In this document: piece by piece, positions 39,895 through 53,214 of the stretch
How the letters are laid out: the number at the start of each line of letters is the position of its first letter
How positions within the stretch are numbered: position 1 is the first letter of the stretch
From: Mobula hypostoma
Taxonomy: Eukaryota
Length of the DNA stretch: 64,000 bases
Assembly: GCF_963921235.1 (NCBI RefSeq)
Contig: NC_086097.1
Span: 237,276,001-237,340,000, forward strand
Reading direction: 5' to 3'
Program-made: the position numbers and the translations under genes
Notes under the pieces: generated by a model
Told to the model about the DNA's origin: nothing
Database searches by the model: none
The model's input: only the letters and a program-made list of their open reading frames with translations

Positions 39895-40378
39895 CGGATG
39901 TCCATCCATGGCCTCCTCTACTGTCGCAATGAAGCTTGGAGTTAGAACATCTTATATTCTGTCTGGGTGGCCTCTAACCTGATGGTACGAACGTCGATTT
40001 CTCAAACTTCTGGTAATGCCCCTCCCCCCAAACCACCATCTCCTTTCCCTGTCTCACCTTATCTCCTTGCCTGCCCATCAACTCCTTCTCCCTTTTTCTT
40101 CCTTCCATGGCCTTCTGTCCTCTCCTATCAGACTCCCCCTTCTCCAGCCCTGTATCTCTTTCACCAATCAAATTCTCAGCTCCTTACAGCACCCCTTCCA
40201 CCCCGTTTCACCTAACATTTTGCGTTTCTCCCTCCCCTCCTCCCAGCTCTTAGCTCTGCTCCTCATCTTTTTTTCTCCAGTCCTGCGGAAGGGTTTTGGC
40301 CCGAAATGTTGACTGTGTACTCTTTTTCCATAGATGCTGCCTGGCCTGCTGAGTTCCTCCAGCATTTTGTGTGTGTTC
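39895..40378 (+). mobile_element. Penelope-like 3' fragment
   Basis: tccatccatggcctcctctactgtc...gatttctcaaacttc; decayed hammerhead cctgcggaagggttttggcccgaaatgttgac. Confidence 0.8.
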
Positions 40379-41159
40379 CATTCAGGTTTTGTGTTGCTCT
40401 GCCCTGGGGGCAACTGCAGGAGCACAAAGGAGGCACGCAGAGTCAGAGAGCAAAGTTATGATACTTCAGAGGACTTGTGACAAAACATAAAGTACTCATG
40501 GAGTAACACACACAAAATGAGTGGTCAGAAATTAAGGGTATCGGGCTCATGCCATAAATTTCTGGCCCTGTTTACAAATGTTGTGAGTGGCTGCAAGACA
40601 CTACAGGGAAGACAGACAAATTATAGCTCACCTTACTATAAACATTTCAGTTGAAAGAAGTTAGTGAACTGCAATAACCCGTAGAGAGCCTGTCTATTCT
40701 AAAGCTGAACACGCAGAGAAAATTATAACATTAAAAGAAGTGCCTATGGAGAACACTGAGTTGCAGCAGCCTGAGTTACAGTGAATGGTAAATAATACTA
40801 ATACCACCAACTAAGAATTAGATGTGGGACAGTGTTAGCCACTGGAAAGATTCATTAAAATGGCAAAACTTTGTTTAATTCATTTAGAAGCTTGAAAGCA
40901 ATGGTGCAGTGAGAGGAAAGAATGGGGTATACGATGCATGATTTCTTTCCAGAAAATAAATGAAAATGTGCAAAATAAAAAAGATCAAGCTATTGTATTC
41001 TAACAATATCTCTCTAAAATCCATTGCCGGCAATGGAATAAAAAGTCGGAAAGATCGAAGTTTGGTGGCAGCAAGGCACCAAAGAAATGAGATAATTTTT
41101 TACAGTGCAAAAATAATGTGTAAATAACTTAGTACTTGGCTGGAATATTGCAAGGTTAC

Positions 41160-41490
41160 AGAAGCCAGAAGATGTAGGACCAGAATTAGGCTATTCTTTC
41201 CATAGAGTCTGCTCCAGTATTCTAACATGGCTGATTTATTATCCATTTCGACCCCATTCTCCTGTCTTCTCCCTGTGACCATACTAATCAAGAACCTACG
41301 AACTTCTGCTTTAACTTGGCCTCCACAGTTGTCTATGGCAATGAATTCCACAGGTTTACCACCCTCTGACGAAAGGAGTTCCTGCTCATCTCTGTTCAAA
41401 AGGGATCTATTCTGAGGCTGTGCTCTCCGGTCCGAGAATAGGACCACTATAGGAAACACCTTTTCCACATTCACTCTAACTAGGACTTCC
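41160..41490 (-). mobile_element. CR1 3' fragment
   Basis: Reverse complement of a CR1 3' UTR and the FP.VG...RGHSLRI region. Confidence 0.7.
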
Positions 41491-42325
41491 AGCTCTGTGC
41501 ACTGTAGAACCAGGCAGTAATTGTCAAATCCTGAGAATCAAATTTAAAGTCTGCTGCTCGGTAAAAGAGCTGCCTTCTTGTGGTTGTCAAGTTGAGGGAC
41601 TTATCTGGCCGAATGAGATTTTCTTTACATAATGAACTCAGCACCAGCACACAACAACAGGAATAACACTGTTGGCTGCAGACGAAGGATGTTTCTGTCT
41701 CAGAATTTTAACTTAAACGTGTACGTTTCCTTTATTCCACAAGATTGCCAATTTAACAGCAATTTTGTCACACAACATGTAGTTTTAACCCGTGGCATCA
41801 ATCCCACCAAGAACTAAATCGAAAGTATTCTCTCATTCACGTAAAATGCCACAGCAATCTGAAATAGAAGCCCTCCCTGCTAGCGAACAAGTAAGATCTC
41901 AGGTTGGGGGGGGTGGTTGGTGACAGGTCCAATGAATCTCTAGGTTCTCTTTCCCACCACAAAATCAAATTGGTTCTGGTGAGGACAATTGCCATGAAGA
42001 AATTCTAAAATGGAGTAACACATCTGAACAAAACACATGCTTCCCAAACACAAAAAAATCAGTTCAGTACCTGAACAAAATATTTAAAAACACTTCCAGA
42101 AGATCAACTATTTTAAATAATTGAGCATGGCAAATCTAATCAAGGAACGATATGAAATCAAAACAGTGGTGTAGAAAGAAGATTAATAATACAGACTTGG
42201 ACTTACAATGCTTAAACTGAGTTGAACACCCACCTCAGCACCTGGGAAACTTGAGTTCAGTTTACGAAATAACCTTGAATGAAATTCAAGAGTGGACTCA
42301 TTAATGGTGACAATGAAACTGCTAG

Positions 42326-42477
42326 TCTCACAGCACACTGGAGGAATTCAGCAGGTCGGACAGCATCCGTGGAAACAATCAGTCAGTTTTTCCACTGATG
42401 CTGCCTGACCTGCTGAGTTCCTCCAGCGTGTTGTGAGTGTTTCTCTGTCCCCAGCATCTGCAGAGTATTTTGTGTTT
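42326..42477. mobile_element. Miniature fold-back Penelope terminal-repeat insertion
   Basis: Inverted arms of about 50 bp (ctcacagcacactggaggaattcagcaggtcggacagcatc / gatgctgcctgacctgctgagttcctccagcgtgttgtgag); TSD GAAACTGCTAG at 42315-42325 and 42480-42490. Confidence 0.75.
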
Positions 42478-42519
42478 ACGAAACTGCTAGACTGTTGTGA
42501 AAATGTATCTGAAGGATGA

Positions 42520-43000
42520 GCCAGGGAATGAAAGGGTTAGTGAAAGGGTTAATGCATGAGGAGCATTTGTTGGCTCTGATGAAGTTTGCACCTGATGAAG
42601 TTTAGAAGCGGGGGGGAGTCTCATTGAAACCTATTGAATATGAGAAGACCTGGATAGAGTGGATGTGGGGAGAATGTTTCCTATAGTGGGGGAAATCTCG
42701 GATTAGAGGACACAGCCTCAGAATACAAGGACTGCCCTTTAGAACAGAGATGAAGGGGAATTTCCTTAGCTAGAGTGTGGTGAATCTGTGGAATTCATTG
42801 CCACTATCGGCTGTGGAGGCAGATTCAGAAGGTATATTTAAAACGGAGGTTGACTGGTTATTGATTAGTAAGGGCATCAAAGGTTATGGGAAGAAGGCAG
42901 GAGAATGGGGTTGAGAAGGAAAATACATCAGTCAAAATGGAATGGTTGAGCAGACTCAATTGGCCAAATAGCCTAATTTTGCCCCTGTCTTATGGTCTTA
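42520..43000 (+). mobile_element. CR1 3' fragment
   Basis: ctcattgaaacctatt...gatagagtggatgtgg...tcttatggtctta. Confidence 0.8.
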
Positions 43001-44178
43001 AAAGGCTTAACTGTAAACTAATAAATCAAAAGTTAGAAGAAAATATATTTCTTTCTTTGTTCTTAGAATTGTCACAGAAGATCAACAATTTTATTTTTTA
43101 AAAATGAAAAGGGCTCAGAGTGGTAAAAAAATCATGTTTTTTTTTCTGCTAAATCAAATTCTAAGATAATTTGCAAGAGGACTGATCAGATTCGCTGAGG
43201 CCAATGTGGAACAGCAACAAAAATCAATCAGTCACAAGTGGACGTTCATTTTGCAGATGTTCACTTCAATTTACTTACTCAAGTCCAGTGAAATAAAAAA
43301 AAAATAGAACAGATCAAGTCCAGGTATGGAAGCTGAGTTGAAAACTGAAATTACTCTTAAAGGATGGGAAGGCATCCACAGTGTCAGTAATGAATAGAAA
43401 TATACAAAGAAAACACTTGAAATGGGTGAAAGCCATTTTTTTCTGAGATTTCATTCACATTGAGTATCTGGGAAAAGTTCAGGCCAGCACTTCTCACATT
43501 TTTCCATCATTAGTCTACTTGCACTCAACATCACAGAGAGCTTGACCTGTGATCCCAATTTTTAAAACTCTCTATGTATAAATGTGTCTCTGTCTGGTTG
43601 GCAAGATATGAGGGTTAAGCTACATAGGTTGCTTCTGGGACCTCAACTTCGAACAACTTATTTCAATTAAAGGTAACTTAATAGAGGTATTAATGATGTT
43701 AGGAGACATAGATAGAGTGAGCAGGCAAAGATGTTTTTTCCTGGGGTGGAAATGACTAATACAAGCGAGCATAATTTTAAGATGTTTGGAGGAAAGTATA
43801 GGGGGCTGTCATAGGTAGGTTTCTTTGACACAGATCGTGGAAGGGTCATGGAATGAGCTATTCGGGTGGTGGTAGAATCAGATACATTAGAGTCAAGGAG
43901 TCATAGAAAAGTACAGCGCAGAAACAGGCCCTTTGGCCCATCAAGTCCATGCCGAAGCCATTTAAACTGTCTACTCCCAGCATCCTGCACCGGTACCATA
44001 GCCCTCCCTACCCCTACCATCCATGTAGCTCTCCAAAACTTTGCATAAACATTGAAATTGAGCTCACATTCACCACTTGTGCTGGAAGCTCTCACGACCT
44101 TCTGAGTGAAGAAATTTCCCTTCAGTTTCCTCTTTTCACCTTTCACCCTTAGCCCATTACCTCTGATTGTAGTCCCAC

Positions 44179-44801
44179 AAGGGGAATTGAGTATAAGAGC
44201 AAAGAGGTCCTTCTGCAGCTGTACAGGGCCCTGGTGAGACCACACCTGGAGTACTGGGTGCAGTTTTGGTCTCCAAATTTGAGGAAGGATATTCTTGCTT
44301 TTGAGGGAGTGCAGCGTAGGTTCACAAGGTTAATTTCCGGGATGGCGGGACTGTCATATGTCGAAAGATTGGAGCAACTGGGCTTGCATACTCTGGAATT
44401 TAGAAGGCTGAGAGAGGATCTTATTGAAACATATAAGATTATTAAGGGATTAGACACGCTGCAGGCAGGAAGCATGTTCCCGCTGATGGGTGACTCCAGA
44501 ACCAGAGGCCACAGTTTAAGAATTAGGGGTAGGCCATTTAGAACGGAGTTGAGGAAAAACTTTTTCAGTCAGACAGTGGTGGATATATGGAATGCTCTGC
44601 CCCAGAAGGCTGTGGAGGCCAAGTCTCTGGATGCTTTCAAAAAAAAGAGATGGATAGAGCTCTTAAAGATAGTGGAATCAAAGGTTATGGGGATAAGGCA
44701 GGAACTGGATACTGATAGTGGATGATCAGCCATGATCACAGTGAATGGCAGTGCTGGCTCGAGGGGCCGAATGGCCTACTCCTGCACCTATTGTCTATTG
44801 T
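44179..44801 (+). mobile_element. Young CR1 3' fragment nested in an older minus-strand CR1 tail
   Basis: ORF 44234-44725 RPHLEYWVQFWSPNLRKD...; tail ctattgtctattg; host sequence gtcccac|...|acccagcctcactggaaa. Confidence 0.9.
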
Positions 44802-45105
44802 CACCCAGCCTCACTGGAAATTTAAGATACTCCTTTGAGAGCAACACAAGCAAAATGCTGGAGGAACTTAGCTGGCCAGGCAGTATTTATGGAAAAGAGT
44901 AAACAGTCAATCTTATGGGCTGAGACCCTTCATCAGGACTGGAAAGGAAGAGAAACCCTTGAAGAACCTTAGGGACATTTAAGATACTCTTGGATAGGTA
45001 CATGGATGATGGAAAAATGGAGGGCTGTGTGGGAGGGAAGGGTTAGATTGATCCTGGAGATGGTTAAAGAGCCTGCAGTATGCTGTAATACACTACGCCC
45101 TAGAT

Positions 45106-46737
45106 CAGCTTTCCTCAACCATTTCACCTTGGAGAAACCCTCGAAATAACTTTCAGGTCTCAGGGAACCCCTGTGTAAAAATCATTATATCTACAGCTCA
45201 TGGTACGACAGTGAGCTCAGTGAGTTGTAGATTCAAAAGTCCAAAAATAATTGTCGATGAGTAGAGAATGAATCTTTAGCCAGACTTCCTTGAAAAAAAC
45301 AGGTAGTTAAGCTTAGATTACCTTTCTTGAAATTAATCTCTTTCTTTCCCTTTCATAAATTTTAAAGACTCATAAGGTAATCATAATAAACTTCTATTAA
45401 CTAACTGGTTTAAATCAAAATGGGATTGAATTGTTCTCAAGGTAAACTCGGTAGATTTAATTTAAGTAAAGGTTTTAAATTGATGTTAATTATTGCTATT
45501 TTCAACATGCAAATTTATTGACAATGTTGAATAGTAAAGTTACTAAAAACCATAAGCCAAAACAATATGAATAAAAATATAGCTTAAGACATAGTTTTAT
45601 GTAAGACTTTCAAAAAACATTTTCTTACTAAGTGACATGATCGAGCTCAAATATAGGCCTAGAATGTAAAATCTGTGCTTGATTTTGATGAACAAATACC
45701 CAATCCTGGGTCAAAATTGAGATTAGCACACAAGGATTTCACCTTCTACTGCAATGACATGATTTCTATCCTTGCTCTTTGTACTTGCTAAACAAGGAAA
45801 AGCTTGCTCACACATGTAAGAAGTTGAAAACTGAGGCAACATGTTCATTGTTTTCCTATGAATGGCAAGATACCCTTCTTTAACAGAAATCCGAACTTGT
45901 CCAGGGACAGGTCATCACAATCAGACTGCAGCTCACGAAGTTCTTCCTCTTCTCTGAAACTCAATTTCTCAGACCGAGCAGAAGATTCAGAGAAAGGATC
46001 CTTCACCCAGTCTTGAAAGGGTGGAAAAATACTGTTCAATTTTGATCTGCAGTTCTTCCAGGTGGCTTTCAACAAGACTCGAGACTTTCTGATATCCTTC
46101 CTCACTCTCAAGCCAAAGTGGCAGTGGAAGCATTTCAGGATTTCCTTTTGCAACATAATTTTTCCCTCCAATTTTCTACAAGACTGGAAAAGTTTGTTCC
46201 CATAAATCAGTCAGCAGCGCATAAGGGGAAGTTGGGAGAGGTCATTTGGGAGGGAAAGGCTGATATCACAGCCCAAGTTGGGTGAGTCCATTCAATGCTT
46301 GGAAAACATACTTCACATTCCTCATCAGCCTTACGTCCTCCCCTCTATGCAATACAGTGCTCGCCAATTATCAACGGCCTCCCCTATCTTGTGTCAAAAA
46401 CTGAGGATGGACTCAACCAAGCAAACACAGCCCTACTGGGCTGACAACAGGAATTCTGCAGATGCTGGAAATTCAAGCAACATACATCAAAGTTGCTGGT
46501 GAACGCAGCAGGCCAAGCAGCATCTATAGGAAGAGGCGCAGTCGACGTTTCAGGCCGAGACCCTTGGGCTGAGAGACCTCTAATGAGATTGCTAACAGCG
46601 CTGCTCGGTCACTGCCCATCACTGCGAACACTAGCGTTGTGTGTTGCGCGAAATTCAAAAGGTGATGTTTGTTTTAAATCACAATCCCTCGAGGAACCCC
46701 TACCAAGCTCTTGCTGAACCCCAGTGGGGAAACCCTG
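45106..46737 (-). mobile_element. hAT (Charlie/Buster-type) DNA transposon, internally deleted
   Basis: TIRs CAGCTTTCCTCAAC / GTGGGGAAACCCTG; 8-bp TSD CCCTAGAT (45098-45105) / CTCTAGAC (46738-46745) close to the NTCTAGAN consensus; minus-strand dimerisation-domain remnant LPQFSTSYMCEQAFPCLASTKSKDRN; Penelope end inserted at about 46445-46565. Confidence 0.85.
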
Positions 46738-46967
46738 CTCTAGACGCAGTTATGATGCTTTTCCCTCTCTTTCTGAGGGTCATAGGTCTTCGGAAATCTT
46801 TTCCAAAGAGCAATTGGAAACAGAGTCTTTAAATATTTTTAAGGCAGAGATATTTACTTAATAAAGGGGTGGGGAAGAGTGAGTGAATGATTACCAAGTG
46901 TAGATTAAATACCGAATTGAGATTTCAGGCAGATTATCTACAATTTTGTTAAATAGCAAAAGCCACT

Positions 46968-47276
46968 CAGGAGTACATTCAGCCAGAGACTCATTCCTCC
47001 GAGGTGCAGCACAGAGCGTCATAGGAAGTCATTCCTGCCTGTGGCCATCAAACTTTACAACTCCTCCCTTGGAGGGTCAGACACCTTGAGCCAATAGACT
47101 GGTCCTGGACATATTTCATAATTTACTGGCATAATTTACATATTACTATTTATTATTTCTATGACTATTACTACTTACTATTTACTAATAATAATATTAC
47201 TATTACTATTTATTATTTATGGTGCAACTGTAATGAAAACCAATTTCCCCCAGGATCAATAAATTATGACTATGAC
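46968..47276 (+). mobile_element. Rex1 3' end, same subfamily as 19081-22342
   Basis: Near-identical to 22060-22342, including the (TATGAC)n tail. Confidence 0.9.
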
Positions 47277-49239
47277 ATCCAGAGGGGCCATGTGGCCAAT
47301 TTCCACTCCTAATTCAAATTTTCACCAGTCTGTCTGCTGAAGCTAAAGTTGACACAGGCAGAATAGAATTCTAGCAGATATCAGAATTATATCATCTATT
47401 ATTTCCACTGCTCTGTTGACTATGTGTGGATTTTACTGTTATTAATAGCACAGACATATTTGGATTGTGAGTGAACCGTTGACATTTCGGGCCAAGGACC
47501 TTCATCAGGCCTTGGCTGAAAATGTCGACTGTTTCGCTCCCCCTCCATAGATGCTTCCGGACTTACTGAGTTCTTCCAGCATTTTGTGTGTGTGTTGCTC
47601 AAGATTTCCAGCATCTGCAGAATCGCTTAAGTATTTTAGATAGTACCAGAAGGTCAAACAAATCAAAAAATATACTTTGAAGGGGGAAATGATATGCTGT
47701 GCAATAAAGTTTCTGTGCTTCATAAATAAGAACTATTAGAATGAATAGTACATTTCTGTGCTTTTTTTTTGTAAACTAATGATTCAATCTTTATCTTGCT
47801 TCAATAATTACGCTATTCCTCTTAATCTTGAACCAGAATTCTATCACTGGACTATCAGGAGCTATTCAGGATAATTACCTCACACACATCAATCTATGAG
47901 GCAATGAGGCAACACAAAGAACACTGAAATAGAAAACATTCTCTTCATATTTTCTGACTGCTTATATAGAAAGGGAAGTTGTAGTCACCAACAATGGATA
48001 TGGTTGCCATCTCTCACCGATGCTGGTTTGTAAAAATGCTGGTGTATAAATTCCATAGAACTTTTGTCAACTGAAAGAGAAATGGATCAATAATGATGAA
48101 ATGTCGGCGAAGACTCAATGGGCCAAATGGCCTACATGTGCTCCAATATCTTATTGTCTTCTGGTCATATGAATTGTGATAATGTAGAACAAGGAATCGC
48201 ACACCAGGTCAAAGAACAGTTACTACCCTACAACCATCAGGCTCTTGAACAAAAGGGGATGACTGCACTCACTCTTTCTCACATCCAATGATCTCACTCT
48301 AAGCTCTCTTTATCTTGTTATTTCATATTCTCATTGCTTATTGCTGCTTATTTATACTTGTATTCAAGTTTGTTGTCTTCTGTACTCCAGCTGATCTTTC
48401 ATGGAATCTTGCTATAGTTACTATTCTATAGATTTACTGAGTATGCCTGTAGGGAAAAGATTATCAAGGCTGTATGAGGTGACATACATGTACTCTAATA
48501 GTAAAATTTACTTTGAACTTTGACCATTTTGGAACGTTAGAAAGGAAATGTTTTAGTATGGAACAGAACTAGATTAATCAGGGATTATCTGCTGAAATTG
48601 CTGGGCAAATTTAGGAACTTTAAACTTGATCTAGGGTCGGGTCATCAAGTAGTGGACGGGAAAATTAAGCCAGAGAAGCACCCTATTTTCCCTGACTGTA
48701 ATTTGCTAATCCTTTTAGAAGGAGAATGATCAGCCAGTTCTGGATTTTCTGAATGTTTTATTCACTTCCTTCCATGAAGGATTAAACAACATCTTCCTGA
48801 ATTGCCTTGCAAAAAAATGCTTTCTTTTTAAATAGCATGATGTATAATTGATGATGTGATTTGATGTCTTCATTAGTTTTGTTTTGCTCTGAGTTTCAAT
48901 TAAAAAGACAAAATAATATATTGCACAGATCTCCATTATTGGGAACGTACAGTCGCTGCAGTACAGATGCACCCTGCTATCAGATGGGACAGCTGGAATC
49001 ACTTTCTGTGGACAACCTCTCCTCTTCAGTTAAACAGGGTCCCTACAGAGGAAGCCAAGCCAGAAGCACAGTTGGCTAATGGTACAAAATCTAGCCTACA
49101 AACAGCTGCTGAAGCTTGCTGATAAAAGCAAAGGTAATTATTGATGTACAAAAGAAAAAAAAAATCTTCACTGCCAAAACAAAATTGTGATAATAATTCT
49201 GAAAATCCATTATTAAAAATGTCACTAGAAGGCATTTAG

Positions 49240-50335
49240 AAATACTTGGATAAATCAAGGGACGCCAAAATGGAAAGGTCAACGTCAAAGTCAAAGATGT
49301 TGGACTTCCTAACCAACAGAACGCACAACTGCTCCTCCCTCTTCATCATCCTCAACATGTGTGACCCCCAGGACTGTGAGCTGAGCCCATTGCTGTACAC
49401 TCTGCTCACGCAAGACTGCATAGTCAAACACCCAAACAATCACATTGTCAAGCTTGCCAATGAGACGACAGTGCTGGGGAATCATCACCAACGAAGATGA
49501 GACGGCTTACAGAGAGGACGTGGAAGAGCTCAGGACCTCCTCTTCAATGTCCGCAAGACAAAGGAGATGGCTAACGACTTCATGAGAACTTGCACCTCTC
49601 ACACCCCTCTTTACATCGGCAACACAGTAATGCAAACTGTGAACGGTTTCAAACTCATTGGAGTGCTCATCTCGCACAACCTCTCATGTTCCCAGAACAC
49701 CTTCTACATGATCATAGCTCACCAGTGCCTCTACATTCTAAAGAGGTGGAAAAGAGCTGGACTATGTACATCAGTATTCATGACCTTGTACAAATGCACC
49801 GTGGAAAGCATCCGAACCTGCATTGTCCAGAAACCACACTGCGACAGACAGAACACTCCACAACAGATAGTCATGATGACCCATTGCATCAACAGCAATA
49901 GCCTGCCCACCATCAATAACATATATACAGAAAGATGCTAGAGAAAGGCCAGAAATTTCATGAAGGATACCACTCGAGGTACTCCTGGACTTTATCCCAA
50001 TCCCACCAGAAAGGAAGCTGTGTACCATCCATGCCAGGACTACCAGACTCAAACCCAATTACTTTCCCCGAGCAGTAAGGCTGATGAACACCTCCACTCA
50101 CTAACCCATCCCTCCAGCAATTTATGTACAGTCACATTATGTAGGGACACCAATGTGCCTAGTGTCACTTTATGGGCATGCTATCAAACTATGTACATAA
50201 GGTAGCTTATATATTTATATTTATTATTATTTTATTCATTATTGTTCTTTATCATATCATATTTTTTTGTGCTGCATCACATCCAGAGTGACAATTATTT
50301 TGCATGCTTTTACACTTGTGTACTGGAAAAGTACC
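49240..50335 (+). mobile_element. Old Rex1-type LINE RT/3' fragment
   Basis: LDFLTNR...PQDCELSPLLYTLLTQDC...IVKLANETTVLG; LYILKRWKRAGL...LYKCTVESI. Confidence 0.75.
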
Positions 50336-50434
50336 TTGAAACGCTTGAAAATTAGTTGGGGATTTTTAAAAGTTTTTAACAATTGAATAGAAGAATGAAA
50401 TACAATAGTACACATCAAGTGTACTATTGGAGCT

Positions 50435-50735
50435 ATGTCTCTACCATAGGAGGTGTAAGGTGCTACTTCTCTCCGCTAGCCTGCGGGTTTCACTTTGGCA
50501 AGGTGTAACACCTGCTTAGCCCCGCGTAAAGCCATGGCAGCAGGTGGTGGGTGGCTGAATGAGTAGCTGGTGCATATCACCAGTCCTGGTTACGCGACCA
50601 CTGATGCCAGGCAATCTCTGAAGTGTATTGATAATGACTGGGGTCACCCGTGTTGTAAAGGTGCTGCCCAAAAAAAAAAGCAATGGCAAACCAATTGTGT
50701 AGAAAAATATGCTAGGGATAATCATGGTCATCATT
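50435..50735 (+). mobile_element. RTE/BovB-tail-like SINE, second copy, abutting a CR1
   Basis: Aligns by eye with 4605-4945. Confidence 0.55.
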
Positions 50736-50736
50736 A

Positions 50737-53175
50737 TTTAACTTCCCTAATATTGATTGGCACCTGATTAGTTCCGAGGGTTTAGATGGGGCAGAGTTTG
50801 TTAAGTGTGTCCAGGATGGATTCCTGTCACAGTATGTGGACAGGCCGACCAGGGGGAATGCCATACTAGATCTAGTACTAAGTAATGAACCAGGTCAGGT
50901 CACAGATCTCTTAGTGGGTGAGCATCTGGGGGACAGTGACCACCACTCCCTGGCCTTCAGCATTATCGTGGAAAAGGATAGAATCAGAGAGGACAGGAAA
51001 ATTTTTAATTGGGGAAGGGCAAATTATGGGGCTATAAGGCTAGAACTTGCGGTTGTGAATTGGGATGATGTTTTTGCAGGGAAATGTACTATGGACATGT
51101 GGTCGATGTTTAGAGATCTCTTGCAGGATGTTAGGGATAAATTTGTCCCGGTGAGGAAGATAAAGAAGGGTAGGGTGAAGCAACATTGGGTGACAAGTGA
51201 GGTGGAAAATCTAGTCAGGTGGAAGAAGGCAGCATACATGAGGTTTAGGAAGCAAGGATCAGATGAGTCTATTGAGGAATATAGGGAAGCAAGAAAGGAG
51301 CTTAAGAAGGGGCTGAGAAGAGCAAGAAGGGGGCATGAGAAGGCCTTGGCGAGTAGGGTAAAGGAAAACCCCAAGGCATTCTTCAATTATGTGAAGAAAA
51401 AAAGGATGACAGGAGTGAAGGTAGGACCGATTAGAGATAAAGATGGGAAGATGTGCCTGGAGGCCGTGGAAGTGAGCGAGGTCCTCAATGAATACTTCTC
51501 TTCGGTATTCACCAATGAGAGGGAACTTGATGATGGTGAGGACAATATGAGTGAGGTTGATGTTCTGGAGCATGTTGATATTAAGGGAGAGGAGGTGTTG
51601 GAGTTGTTAAAATACAGTAGGACGGATAAGTCCACGGGGCCTGACGGAATATTCCCCAGGCTGCTCCATGAGGCGAGGGAAGAGATTGCTGAGCCTCTGG
51701 TTAGGATCTTTATGTCCTCATTGTCCACGGGAATGGTACCGGAGGATTAGAGGGAGGTGAATGTTGTCCCCTTGTTCAAAAAAGGTAGTAGGGATAGTCC
51801 GGGTAATTGTAGACCAGTGAGCCTTACGTCTGTTGTGGGAAAGCTATTGGAAAAGATTCTTAAAGACAGGATTTATGGGCATTTAGAGAATCATGGTCTG
51901 ATCAGGGACAGTCAGCACGGCTTTGTGAAGGGCAGATTGTGTCTAACAAGCCTGATAGAGTTCTTTGAGGAGGTGACCAGGCATATAGTTGAGGGTAGTG
52001 CAGTTGATGTGATCTATATGGATTTTAGTAAGGCATTGGACAAGGTTCCACACGGTAGGCTTATTCAGAAAGTCAGAATGCATGGGATCCAGGGAAGTTT
52101 GGCCAGGTGGATTCAGAATTGGCTTGCCTGCAGAAGGCAGAGGGTCATGGTGGAGGGAGTACATTCAGATTGGAGGATTCTGACTAGTGGTGTCCCACAA
52201 AGATCTGTTCTGGGACCTCTACTTTTCGTGATTTTTATTAACGACCTGGATGTGGGGGTAGAAGGGTGGGTTGGCAAGTTTGCAGACGACACAAAAGTTG
52301 GTGGTGTTGTAGATAGTGTAGGGGATTGTCAAAGATTGCAGAGAGACATTGATAGGATGCAGAAGTGGGCTGAGAAGTGGCAGATAGAGTTCAACCCGGA
52401 GAAGTGTGAGGTGATACACTTTGGAAGGACAAACTCCAAGGCAGAGCACAAAGTAAATGGCAGGATACTTGGTAGTGTGGAGGAGCAGAGGGATCTCGGG
52501 GTACATGTCCACAGATCCCTGAAAGTTGCCTCACAGGTGGATAGGGTAGTTAAGAAATCTTATGGGCTGTTAGCTTTCATAAGTGGAGGAATAGAGTTTA
52601 AGAGACACGATGTAATGATGCAGCTCTGTAAAACTCTGGTTAGGCCACACTTGGAGTACTGTGTCCAGTTCTGGTCGCCTCACTATAGGAAGGATGTGGA
52701 AGCATTGGAAAGGGTACAGAGGAGATTTACCAGGATGCTGCCTGGTTTAGAGAGTATGCATTATGATCAGAGATTAAGAGAGCTAGGGCTTTACTCTTTG
52801 AAGAGAAGGAGGATGAGAGGAGACATGATAGAAGTGTACAAGATAATAAGAGGAATAGATAGAGTGGATAACCAGCACCTCTTCCCCAGGGCACCACTGC
52901 TCCATACAAGAGGACATGGCTTTAAGGTAAGGGGTGGGAAGTTCAAGGGGGATAGTAGAGGAGGGTGTTTTACTCAGAGAGTGGTTGGTGCGTGGAATGC
53001 ACTGCCTGAGTCAGTGGTGGAGGCAGATACACTGGTGAAGTTTAAGAGACTACTAGACAGGTATATGGAGGAATTTAAGGTGGGGCCTTATATGGGAGGC
53101 AGGGTTTGAGGGTCAGCACAACATTGTGGACTGAAGGGCCTGTACTGTGCTGTACTATTCTATGTTCTATGTTCC
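50737..53175 (+). mobile_element. Young 5'-truncated CR1 LINE; ORF2 in one frame with a single premature stop
   Basis: ORFs 50836-51750 and 51757-53109 are in the same frame, separated by TAG (VPED*RE; W in other copies); SDH endonuclease end, KFADDTKV RT motif, (TATGTTC)n tail. Confidence 0.95.
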
Positions 53176-53214
53176 ATGATCACCTAAGTCACACAACGCG
53201 GCACATATGGCGGG

